A stretch of 64,000 nucleotides of DNA from Phoronis australis. Its lineage: Eukaryota > Animalia > Phoronida. Numbering within the stretch: the first letter of the stretch is position 1; each line of letters starts with the position of its first letter. The notes beneath the pieces were generated by a model. The model was not told the origin of the DNA. It saw only the letters and a program-made list of their open reading frames with translations, and did not search any database. Positions 52,456 through 64,000 of the stretch are shown one piece after another. The DNA is taken from assembly GCA_002633005.1 (NCBI GenBank), contig NMRA01000209.1, positions 1 through 64,000 on the forward strand, written 5' to 3'. The position numbers and the translations under genes are program-made.

Positions 52456-54040
52456 TAGCATACACGCGTACCATCATTTACGGGTAATGTTCGTCCACAA
52501 ACGGCCCTCAGCGACTCTTTCGCAAAAGAGATGGGTTCTATCGGAAACTTTTATTTGCCGACCGAAATACCAACTGGGGTTGTCTACATTTTAACAACTA
52601 AACGACCACGCCTTCTTTCATAAGCTTTGGAAAATTTAGGAAAAGTGCTCGTGCATAGGCCCCGTATTCCAAAGAGCTCCTCTTGTTATTGCAACTTTCG
52701 GAAAACTTCTGGATAAATAAAATTGGCATATATGTTAGACATTATACACTTAAGGGAAACCAGTGAACACGAAACCACAACCCATACATACATGCACTAT
52801 TATATAAAATGCATCGTTTGCACAAACTCCGTCTCCCCCGCTAAACTACAGACGTTCGTTACATGTACGTCCATGTCGGCACCGCCTTGGACCCAAGTAT
52901 TGCACCGGCATCCTATTTGGATTCGTGATGTTCTATTTTTTCTCTAGGGCCGTTTTTTAGTGGACACGGAGGGAGGGTGGCCAGTTTCGTACTGGCCTTG
53001 GTGACGTTAGTCGGTCGGCTCAACGGCCTGGGTGACGTCACTTCGTCGGCTTGATTTCACTTCCTCCGGCTTCTGTCGCGTATATAATTCATCGGGCCTG
53101 TCGCCGCCAAAATTAATGATGCCTCATTAAAATTTTTACTCTTCCTTGAGTAAACTAAATTATTTACCCGAGAGTTGAAAAATTGGCGTTCTTCAGTTAC
53201 TCTGCTACATTTGGGCGCCATTGCGTCACCTATTGGCCAATTTCCATGTTCTTCAATCAACGTTGCGTACATGTCGTAAAGATCGGAAGTGATTTCATTT
53301 CGTTACAAGTTTTTACTATTTTAATACCAGAAATCCCAATTTCAGAACAAACTCTCGAAAGATGTCGCAAAATTTTAGAAAATGACACGTACGTGCGCGT
53401 GTCACGATCATGCACTGTTTTCAAAACGACGACAGATTTCCCTTTGTTACAAAAGGCGGAGAATTACGAAAAATAACGTTAATAAGATTTTTTTACTTTT
53501 TTACTTCCATCAACGGGTTTAACAGGATTGGTGACTTTCGGGTCATTCCCAGATTCTGCATGCACCCATGCAGGTTGTTAGCTATAAGGTTCACGCCGAG
53601 GTGACGAGCTGAGCACCTGGGTTGTGTGAAATTTCGGTTTCCGACGGAGCAGTCTACACAAGGCTACGTAGCTGTAATAATGTTAACGATAGTCTTCATA
53701 CATCTACATGTAGCTGGCTTTCTACCTCACTATGTACATTTATGATGCAACTTTACATCTATATACTTTGTGTGCTGTACGATAGTTTAAAGGTATTCTT
53801 AGTTTTCATTTTAAAAGAATAATATCTGATTACCGTACTTTGTGTTACGGCGGGTTCAAATGTTCTCAGTGGAAAGAAATTTGTACTGCCTGGGGAAAGA
53901 ATCCCGCAGTCGCACACCTTGCCTACTAAAATCTGACAGTGACAGAAATTTTGCTTGGGTCTCTTTAAGAAGTATTCCTGTCTCTTGCAATGAACACTCG
54001 GTTCACTCTTAGATGTAACTATTTCCCCTCGGCGTTTCCC

Positions 54041-54080
54041 ACTAGCTGTTACCCGTGCCAAAGCACGGGTAACAGCTAGT
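54041..54080. repeat. Perfect 18-bp-arm hairpin resembling a Helitron 3' terminus
   Basis: actagctgttacccgtgc-caaa-gcacgggtaacagctagt. Confidence 0.9.
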
Positions 54081-55232
54081 TACATTTAACTATTAAATTG
54101 TTAGTGAGCGCCCCTCGCACCTCTACGGAAATTGGAGGCCTTAAGCCCCAGTCCCCCACCTATGGGCAAAACAAAGGAACCAATATTTCCTCATCCGCTT
54201 TGCAGACGTAGGTTTTATGTCTCCTGCCTACTTTGTGCGCAAAAATGCGTTCTCAACGGAAATACAAAAATGGTAATTCAAAAATATAAATCGCTCTGCA
54301 GAGGGAAATTTACGAAACGTAAGAAGGAGGAGGGCTCTCCCCCACTTATGATGTGGCCCCCTCTCCTCTCGATGCAATTTTCGCTTCATTTATCTATTTG
54401 AAAAACCAAAAAATCCTTACAGTTAACATTGCAACGTTAATGTATGCGTATGCGTCATTTTAAGACGCGCCATTTCTTTAGACGTTTGATAGCACACGTG
54501 TATATTCTTGTCATTAATGATTGAACACCTGAGTCCTGGACGCGGATACTCCAAATGAATAAACTCTCAGAACTTAAAGCCTATCTTGAACGGTAACACC
54601 TGTAAATCTGGTTCCTACAGCATGTTAAGAGCATCGCTCTGAGCCAATAGGGGTCATAAATTGCCAAATGTAACGAACTGTTAGGCGTATTGCCGGACTT
54701 GCTTTTGTCTACGTCACCGCGAGAATCACCTTTTAATTCAAACAGATGCGAATAACACCCGCACGCAGTGGTGTTCTATTCAGACCCCAATTCAATACAA
54801 CTGTTATCGGCCTTTTGTTGTTTGTGCTGGGATCTCGCGGTGACGCAACATGGCACGAAAAGGCAACTTCACTTATCATTTGACAGGCTTACATTTGCGC
54901 AATTTAACTCGCGTTTTCTTATTTTACTAAGATTTCGCTAGGACTATCTGGTTAGCCAAATAAATCTAAAATAAAAAAGTTCAGTTGAAGTTAGGCTTTA
55001 AGCAAATGCAAAAATGACAACTTACTATTGACAACTAAATTCTCGAAATATAAAAGGTTATTTCAGACCAATCTCATTTCGGTGCTAAATTGGAAGATGT
55101 TCGAATTCCCGGATGATCTCCACCACTAAATGATAAATTCTTTAATTTTTGGTCCAGCAAAAATATCCCGCTTGCTGTGGCATTGTTTTAGTAAAAGGAT
55201 TTTTTTCACAAACTGACATGCGCTGTAGTCCT

Positions 55233-55839
55233 GCTAAGATTAGATTCTCGCTGGTTCCCTAGGTGCCTAGCCAGCACGCAGATATCACGCAGTGGCACGC
55301 GCTTTAGCAGTGGTTGATGTAACCTCAGCAGTCATTGGTTAGCTTTACAACACCGTGAATAAATGGCGGACTGTGAACGATTTTTAGCCTTGTCATGCAA
55401 GTGGCGTCGCAGCAACTATTTCGTTTCTGCAGTGATGGATGTTGTTTAATAGCCGCGTGCTTGAAGCACATACGTGTACAAACAACACATATCTGGCCGA
55501 TTTAACGGTGTGTTATTCATACTGTATGAATACAGGACAGTATCATAAACAAAAGTCATCGACAGTAGAAAGATGCACTCCGAAAAGGCCCAACCACAAT
55601 TTCTAGGATTCACATTTCCTGAACATAAATTTTAAGCACCGATTTGTCTGCTCAACAAATCACATTTACACTTCTGTCCATCAGTCATGCCAGTTTGTTT
55701 ACGTTAAGTGCTGCCTGTTGAGAATTCGACTAGCCAATCAGAAACGCCGGTGTAAAAAAATTTCCCGACGAAAACTGAGTGATACCGGCGTGCTGGCTAC
55801 CGACCACCTAGCGGCACGCAGAGAAACAGTGAAGCTTAG
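55233..55839 (-). mobile_element. Solo inverted copy of the 25.8-27.4 kb repeat unit, with imperfect TIRs
   Basis: Reverse-complement match to 26545-27430. Ends are ctaag..ctcgctggttccct / agagaaacagtgaagcttag. Confidence 0.85.
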
Positions 55840-58800
55840 ATTTGCATATGTAAATGATAATAACAAAATACGTGTTTTAGTGCAATTGCAGCCATCTTTT
55901 AAAGAAACGCTGAAAGATACTACAAATTATCAAAAATACAATTACTATTTAAATGAAAACAGGTGGAAAAATATCCAAGCACTTTTAAGTCTGCTCGGCA
56001 CAGTTTGTCACGAAACCGTAAAGTAGTCGTTTTTACGACATTGACTAGTTTGCGAAGCATTTGTAAATTGCTTTTGATTTCAAATAACAGATTAATAAAT
56101 TTTTAAAATGGCGATTTTGCATTGAGCTTGTTACTAGGGCTTTAAATAATAGCGTTCAAAAGTTCACAATGAAACAATGTTAAACATGAAAATGAAAGGT
56201 ATAAATATAAGTGTAGACGTCATGTGGCTTAATTTGTGGCAAAGCGGCACATTTGAATTTGTTGAAGAGGAAACGTCTCATTTTAGTTTATTCACATCAA
56301 CAAAACGTCTTTGGCAATCTCATTAGAGCGTACATGTAACATACAGCGGTGTAATCGCGATCTCATTGGCGCGCTTTCATTCCTCCCGTACGTTGCTTAC
56401 TACAATTTTCCGGTCAGTATTGTTCTGTAGCTACAGATGACCCATGCGCAGCTGGACAGGAGTGTCCCAAGGGGTCTTACTGTTCTGTCAACAGCTCATA
56501 TTCAACACCTTGCCCAGCTGGGAAATACACAGAGAAAATTTTGTCCAAAAATCATTTTTGTTAGTTACGGTCATCTCATTCCGAGGAAATCTCGAACTAG
56601 CTGATCGGTCCGTCACGTGACTACAAACGCCCAGGCAACATTCTTGTAAAAAATATTTTGTGAACATGTACTGGATTTAAAAAAGCTCATATTCTCAGTT
56701 GCACAATAAAGACAACGAAATTCTATACTTGGTCGACAGTATGAAGGTTCTTAGTTCCCAAGCACTTCACCGCTTCTTTGGCCTACATTTTTCACTATAA
56801 AACATCTTATGAGCTTCACTTTATTGCCAGTTTAATATTAGTGTCGCTAAGCCAACTATGACGTGGCTGAGTCCTTCAAGTCGACTCCATGAAAGGCAAA
56901 GCGATATTATTTATCTCATCTACCTGCAGCACATGTACCGGGAATCAGTATATTATACTAACGGGTCAAATGTCTGCTTCCCGTTGACCCGATACATTAG
57001 CTATGCACATGAGACGAGAGATCTTCGGTTATGTACCGGATATAGTGAATTCTATTTCATAATTTACCATTCCGAACCTCACTGAAAACTCTTCTAAAAT
57101 GAGTATACGGGACGCGCCACTGAGATGTCCGACTTTTCAAGGCCATTTCCTCTAAGAAAGCAAGACTTTCCGCCAAAATCACTCAGCAATTTAAAGGGTG
57201 CTTCTTTCCATTCAATGTCCTAAGTGGGGTTCGCCTTGGGAGTTCGATAGTTTACAGAGAGTCTCTTTTTCAACTGCAAAAATTTACTAGTGGGTTAATA
57301 TATTTAACAGTATGGTTACAAAACATGTGCTCATTTGACGTCTGTTTTTGTATCGTTTCATGCTCAATTGTTTAAAAAGAAAGCGGCGATCAAAGTTTCT
57401 TCAAAAGGGTTAGGTTTGTGGAATTAATCTCTAAAAAAGAGTGACGAACAAAACTTTATGAAGGGGTGAGTTGTCAAGACAGCGCCCTGCGACTCTGTCT
57501 CCTTTTTCGAACCCATTCTCTGAATGAGTAAGTAGTAATATTATATTAATACTAATTTTCAGGTGCACCCTGCCCAAAGTGTATTCGAGTACTCCCAACA
57601 ATCATCGCTGTCTCAATACTCAAGTCGATGTTTTGTTCCCTCAGCATACCTCAGCCCTAAGAACATGTCTAGTCGATTCACGCCGTGTGCACCACATTAC
57701 GTCTTTGTTAGATACAGGTGGCTGGCCTATTGACTAAAACAAGTCGTAATCGCTGTGGGAATATGCAATCAAATAAGGGGTCGTGGTTCTAGTGTTGTAT
57801 TACCTAAATAGTCTGTAACAGAACAAACATACAATATAACTTCATCAGAAATTATGAAACATGTACAAAACATCCCAAACATCTAACAAATCGATCTACA
57901 GCACTTGATGCCGTGCACTATGAACATCTAAATGTAATACAGCACATATTGTAGCGACTGGCAGCAAACATTGTACTTTAGGAGAATCCCCTTGAAGTAA
58001 TTTTCGTGAGAACACCAATTTCAAAATGGGTTTGTTACATAACATGAATAGCGGATATAAATAATAATTATACATTGATAGCGCTCAAAATTCAACAAAA
58101 TTATCGTTTGACCGCACGTCTCTTCCACACACACAGAACAGGTCGCAATGATATGTCCATTGTCTAGCATGGCAAGGCATCAGAGCTCGTCCGCCGAAAG
58201 ACAGGTGTCTCGTTCTTTTGTCATCCCGGGACGCGATTTGGGCACCGTTTTGAACAATTTCCTGAGCAGATGTGTTGCTTCCTGACGAGAAACTGAAGCC
58301 GTTGGTGCCTGTGATTAGCTTATCTGTGCAAACACCGTGAACAGTTCAAACACACGCTCGTATCGCTTTGGATTCTTATCAATACGGTCATTATTCAACA
58401 ATCGGGTCGGCGATTAAACAACCGGCAGGTGGAAGCTTCGTATTGACCAATCACAAACAGGCTGAGGTGATTTAATATCACTCGGCACGCGTCTGACTCC
58501 GCCTACTAGAGGTCTTCTTTCAGACGTCCTGGGATAGCACGTGCGTGTCAAATTGTCCAATGACCGTCTCATCCAGAATACTTCTGATACGAGACTCACC
58601 CACACATATGAATGTGTTAAAATATAATACATGCACGCTATCGATTAACATTTGAAAGATGTTAATATAACCCCGTATATACAATCATTCCCTTGAACAG
58701 ACAAAATAAAACGTGTTACTCGTAAAACGACCCGTGTTACCCTGCCCGCTACTATTTAAATCGAAGTTTTTGAGTGTACTGTTGTAACATCAATGGATAT

Positions 58801-60110
58801 GTGAAATGCACAAAAAATCACTCGTTTGTAAATCGCATGGAGCTCCCTGCGGTGTAGCAGTTCCGAGGTTTGTAATTCGATATCTACCGTATGAAGTGAC
58901 TGGCCCAATAATGGATACCATTAGTTACACAGCTATTGTGTTGTGGTACTCAAAAAGAGTCATCGGTGAGCGAACACCAAGAAGTGGTATATGTGTACTG
59001 TAGGCGTCGGCCCAGCACAGCGATCAATTAATACCTGCTAACCGTGATAAGCCATCACTTGTAATTGCATGTAACATATGGAGAACAAAAATACTACAAA
59101 TTACTCAGATCGCTGGCAAATAAAAAAGGAATTTCAAATTCCCTCGCGCAGCGAAAAATTATGTCACGGAGTTTCGTGAACATTCACCTCTTCAAATTTT
59201 GAAGTGAAGTGTTTTTTTATATTGAACAGTTGGTATTTCTCATGCGCAATTTTCCGTAAAGCTACTATGAAGTTACGTCGCATAGACAAAATTAGGCAAA
59301 AATAGGACATAATGTTATAACCAGTTGTCCATTTAAAAGACTTTGAAGCCAACTATTAAAGGTGTACTGGTATAATCGATCTGAAGTGTGACAATTACGA
59401 TATCCAATTTTAACTCAGACAGGATAGCCAACATGTAAACAATTAAGTAAACCGGTGATGTCTGACAAGCGATAGAGGTTAAGTTTTCGCAAGCAAATCA
59501 AATCTTAAGTTACAGTTGATGACTGACTCCAAAATCTGAACCTAAATCGATATTTTGTAGCAACATATTAGAAGTCCATGAAAGATCAATGTCATTACAC
59601 TACGAGTAATTGATACTGGTATATAAACTTCAAGAAAACTTTAACTGTTTATTTAATTCAGTTAATTTTTGATAACTGAATATTTGTTATCTGCCAAGCC
59701 GATTTTTTCTGTAAATTATCCACTTTTTTCTCTCCAGGCAATGTCCTAACGTTATTTTCTGTTTAACTTGTACTCACGTAATTCCGTCATATATACGACA
59801 ATATTTTAGTAATAACACCACAGTGAACATATCATGAACAGTTGTATATCTCATTGTTCGATTTCGAATATTAATTACATAAAGTTCTCGTTATGAATAT
59901 GAAATTTAACTCTGACAGAACAACATATGCTTGTAATCACAAACAGCAAAACTACACGTAATTGTTTTTGCATCGGTGACTTGTAACCGAGCAAAAACTG
60001 TTTTGCATTTTGTAGAAATTAACGCCGTTTGTCAAAGATCATATGCCCAGCGGGAGTCTCTTCCTTGACTGTGTCACAAAGATCCCGATATCCTCTTCTC
60101 CAACGGTGAT

Positions 60111-60143
60111 GTTACCATGGCAACAAACATTGAAACGGAAGTG
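60111..60143. promoter_or_regulatory. RFX X-box with an adjacent ETS-like site
   Basis: GTTACCATGGCAAC (60111-60124) matches the RFX consensus. acggaagtg lies at about 60135-60143. Confidence 0.55.
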
Positions 60144-60226
60144 CTTGACAAGAGCATAGTTCATGAGGTCGATCTCTTTGTTTCGAAATTTCGCTTTGTT
60201 TCTGAATATTTCTTGAATTTACTCAC

Positions 60227-60325
60227 CTATCGTGGAAGTCACTTTCTTCCTCTTCTGGTTTGATTTAAAACTGTCTCGTAGTATTGTATACAATGGTGTG
60301 GGCATTCTTAAACCAGTTTGTGGTT
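60227..60325 (-). CDS. Candidate orphan 99-nt exon, product unknown
   Basis: Minus-strand acceptor ttgtatttttcag| and donor AG|GTGAGT. One open frame, PQTGLRMPTPLYTILRDSFKSNQKRKKVTSTI, phase 1-1. Confidence 0.4.
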
Positions 60326-60515
60326 CTGAAAAATACAACAAAAGCGTCATTTCTGAAGTGTTTTTCCAAATCCTGCTACAACAACACAAACATCGTAGGT
60401 GAAATGCTGTAGTTGTTTTTAATTACCACACATCAAAGAAACAGTTAGATACGGCCACTCGAAGAGGAATTAACTATCGCCTGTCGTGACCTGGGCAATA
60501 TTGTTTCAGTCAAAC

Positions 60516-60539
60516 ATGGCGGGCCGGGAGCCAGACGAG
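60516..60539 (+). CDS. Candidate initial coding micro-exon (MAGREPDE)
   Basis: caaacATGGCG start context, a GC-rich stretch and donor GAG|GTAAAT. No downstream exon identified. Confidence 0.3.
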
Positions 60540-62221
60540 GTAAATTGTTACAAGCCAGCGCGCTGGCCACGGTAAATGTCAGATAACGGCTAATAACGGG
60601 CGTTAAAAATCAATATCCTTCAATGGGTCACCACAGATTTAATACAGCAAGCAAACCGGGACGCACCGGCTTCCTAACATAACATATCGATTTTGTAATT
60701 TCGTGTTCTCTGGTTCTTTCTTCGGTTGAATTTGTCTATCCGCCATCGTGGCACAGCCATGAACATGAAATATGCGGGTTGTTGTCTGAACCAGGCTCAA
60801 ACTAAAAAAATGGAGCGCCCCAGGTGTACACTCTGTGACTAGCTTATTTATGAGTTGAATCGTATTGATTTAGATGGAACTCGTTGACAATAAATGACAG
60901 GGTTGATTTTCACAGCTCGGCGAATTTCAAGTGTTATCATACGCTTTATCAATTATGTATCCATATTTATATTGACTGCTATCTGTTTACAAGTCTCTGT
61001 TCCATTTTGTTACACAATTGAAAAATATACTGAAAAGCACGAGTCCGTCTTTTGCCAAAAACAAATTTTGATTTAAGATGCTCACTTTTACCGTAAGTTT
61101 ATCATTGCTCTTGCCTTCGGAAGAGTTGACTGCTGTTAATAGTTCGAGATCAGGTACAATAAGTTGGCTTGACATAGCGGGTCTTTTTACGCGCCAAGCA
61201 TCATCTTTAGCGGCATTAACTTCTCCAACCCTTAAATCAAATACAAATGCAAGCTGAGACTAACGGTATCAAGCAAAAGCTATTCATTTGGAAGATGTCT
61301 CGTGCCAGCTTTATTTCACGAAGGTTCGAAACCCCGATATGATAAATGCCTCGTGAACCGTACAATATTAACCCCCGTGTACTTTATTTTGAGACATTGA
61401 TTTCTAGTAATAAAATACCAATTGGAAGCGCAAAGCTGAACGTTCACCGTCGCGATACCGAATGACATCTACAGAGCTTAGTAAAAATACATTTCATCAC
61501 ACAATATTCATAGATGTCCTGTCTAAATTTCGACAACGAAACAGTATTTTAAACATTATTTCAAATATAACAACAAGTTATCATTAAACACGCTTGTTTG
61601 TTTGCTCACTTTTTACTCCGCTGTTTAAAACACAACAGTCACGGTACTAATTATCGGTTAAATACACGGGCATGAGAACTCAGTATACGCGAACCCAGGT
61701 GTTCAAACACGCGTATCCAAATATACTCTCTATTCATAACTTTTGGTAGCCGGGCTTTTAAATTCAACGCAGTCCACCTTTTTATTCCCAGGACTTGAAC
61801 CATAGCGCAAAATGTTTTCCTTCAGAACATTTTTTATTTCCATCTTCAGTTGTTTGTGCGACATTTAGAATGACATAAAATTGTGACTTCCCAGTGTCAC
61901 ACACATGTGCAGAACAAAAATAGTCACGCTTTTATTCGACAAATGCAAATTAAGACACTAACAGGTGACATTTCCTAGTTCCCATCCTCGTTTTACTTCA
62001 AATGCCAAACAAATTTATTGTTTTTCCGACAGCAAACATTCGTCAGCGGGCGTGAATCACATCACAAGGTCCTGGGATACGGGAGCGTCTTTTGTCAACA
62101 ACAATCAACTTTCTCTCGGCAAAGTATTCATTGTTGTTCGAGATAAGCAATTACTTATAGGGAGCCATACGACGAATGTCACGATAAACGTAAAATGTTT
62201 CTCCCAGTGGTGGAATGAATC

Positions 62222-62862
62222 ATTCGGGAACACCTAGGGTATTTCCGTAGCCTCAAATGATCCCTTGACGGCGTTTCTCTACGCACATGCGAACTCCATT
62301 GTTAACAGCAAATGATTTGATGACGGTTAAATATCATGGCTATCAGCCTAGAAGTTTTTAGAAGTCGTACGCGACGTCAGTCACGATATTTAGTCTGCCT
62401 CTTATAATAGGGGTACCTGGCAAATTCCGCGGCATTCTCCATTTTGAGGGTCACCTGACTTGCTTACGTGATTGTCTTTTTGACAGAGCCGGCAAAACAT
62501 CCAAGGCCCTAGCAGCACTCGGTGAGAATTTCAGCCAAAGCATTAGGAATTTTGTCTGTGCAATGGCTTATATGATCGTGTAAGCAATGCGTGGGTCACT
62601 ACAAAACACGGGTTACATTGCTTTATGTTGCTAATATTTTGAAACTTCGTTAGTACTTAAAATTTCCCGGCTTCCATAAGAGTGCTTTTGTTTATATTTC
62701 TTCTCATTACCGATATGGAGGACCTCGTGGCACGCGCTGTCTGGCTTGCGAGCAGTGTCGTGTTGTCTCCATATAGCTTATTGAGGTTTGCACATGCGCA
62801 TATACTGAGACGCCTCCCATGATTAATTTGAGGCTACGAAAATACCCGAGGTGTTCCAGGTG
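62222..62862. repeat. Inverted repeat pair, probably a decayed DNA element
   Basis: gggaacacctagggtatttccgtagcctcaaat (62226) versus atttgaggctacgaaaatacccgaggtgttcc (~62827). Confidence 0.65.
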
Positions 62863-64000
62863 TGAACAAAAATGCACTCCCAACTTGTCGCCGAGCGCGT
62901 GCATTTATTAACTTTGTCTTAATGATTGTAGTTCTTTTGCTACGGGATTTCTCTATCGTGCAAGAGGACACTTGGTACTAACGGTGTAACCACGATCGCG
63001 AAATGAGTCCCAAGTCAAATCTCAAAATTTGAGTTATGATGAAGAGTATAATATAGGTTGTTTATGTTATTTGGTAAAGGCGAAGAGCACGAGTAGACTG
63101 TCTGCACGAATGCTTCAGTTGAGAGACTGGGAAAAGAGAATATTTGTTTCGGAACAAGGGACTGTTACAGCATAACAATACATGTATGTTCAAAGCCGTT
63201 GGTAAGGAAAGAACTGGGTTAGTGGGAATTGAATTTTTGTAGATTAGAAAAATACATCTCGTAAAAAGAAACGAGGAAAGGAAGTTGTTAACGAAAACGC
63301 CTGTGTGTACCGTGAGGGTGGAAGATTGTCTCCCCTGTTTACCCAATGTCATGTTACACAGTAGTCAGAAAACTGTGTTTTAGACTATCGTTGGTGTCGG
63401 AATGCCCTAATACTGCATGCATTGATAACTCTGGTAGTCAACGACTGTTACCTCTCGAAATTACCAAATATCAACAAAATGATCAAGGTTAGTTCTTATA
63501 TCCGGTGTAGATTTAATAACGTGTCCTCGTTTCAGGAAACTTTCAGGAACATCCGACAACTTATTAGACAGGAAATGTGACCACAGCCCCATTTTTGCTT
63601 ATCTTCACAAGAAAACTATCGCGCATACAAATACTTTTCAACGCTTTATGTATTTCACTATGTTAAGCCGTCATTGTTGAATTCTGAACCGAAGCGCTTT
63701 GGGGTTTTAAACAAATTATCACTCTCATCCGGTCTAAAATAATATTGGCGAATGAGCCGACATCTAAGGCAATGCGTGCCGTGGACGCCTATATTGAATC
63801 CGCATTTTTAGGGTTGGCTAGCACCAATAAACCATAAAGCATTTCCCTGAGTTGTCGATAGTGACGATGTTCTTGTTGTTCGTGGAAACGGAATCCTACC
63901 ACGGTAAAAATAGTATGAGACCGATTTCATCACGGTATAAGACAGTTTTCGTTTTTAGCCAATTAAACATGGCGAAATGCTACTCTAAATGATTAATGAC

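Noticed and set aside
62707-62904. Minus-strand ORF or exon candidate with a gtaatg donor
   Set aside because: It overlaps one arm of an inverted-repeat element and has no recognisable protein motif.

Overview
This is eukaryotic, AT-rich genomic DNA with spliceosomal introns and dense transposon content. The repeat families suggest a marine invertebrate; that assignment is inference. There are two assembly gaps (21460-22214 and 27431-28369). I can support only one protein-coding gene: a + strand gene with at least 4 exons (1854-2063, 3688-5770, 7763-7938, 11871-12149). Spliced, it gives an open frame of about 915 aa: a membrane-embedded KAP-family P-loop NTPase (NKPD1/Kidins220-like) fused to a C-terminal OTU-like cysteine protease with intact catalytic motifs. 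Its Walker A exon joins through a GC-AG intron, so the fusion does not appear in the ORF track. The rest of the window is mostly decayed mobile DNA: a Gypsy pol relic, L2/CR1-type LINE relics, a Penelope-like element with inverted pseudo-LTRs and a hammerhead ribozyme core, three THAP-domain DNA transposon relics (two Kolobok-like), an IS3EU-like MITE with a 6-bp TSD, several other MITEs and foldback elements, and tRNA-derived SINE heads. Near 60.1-60.5 kb there is an RFX X-box with candidate orphan exons. Most short ORFs in the supplied track are spurious.
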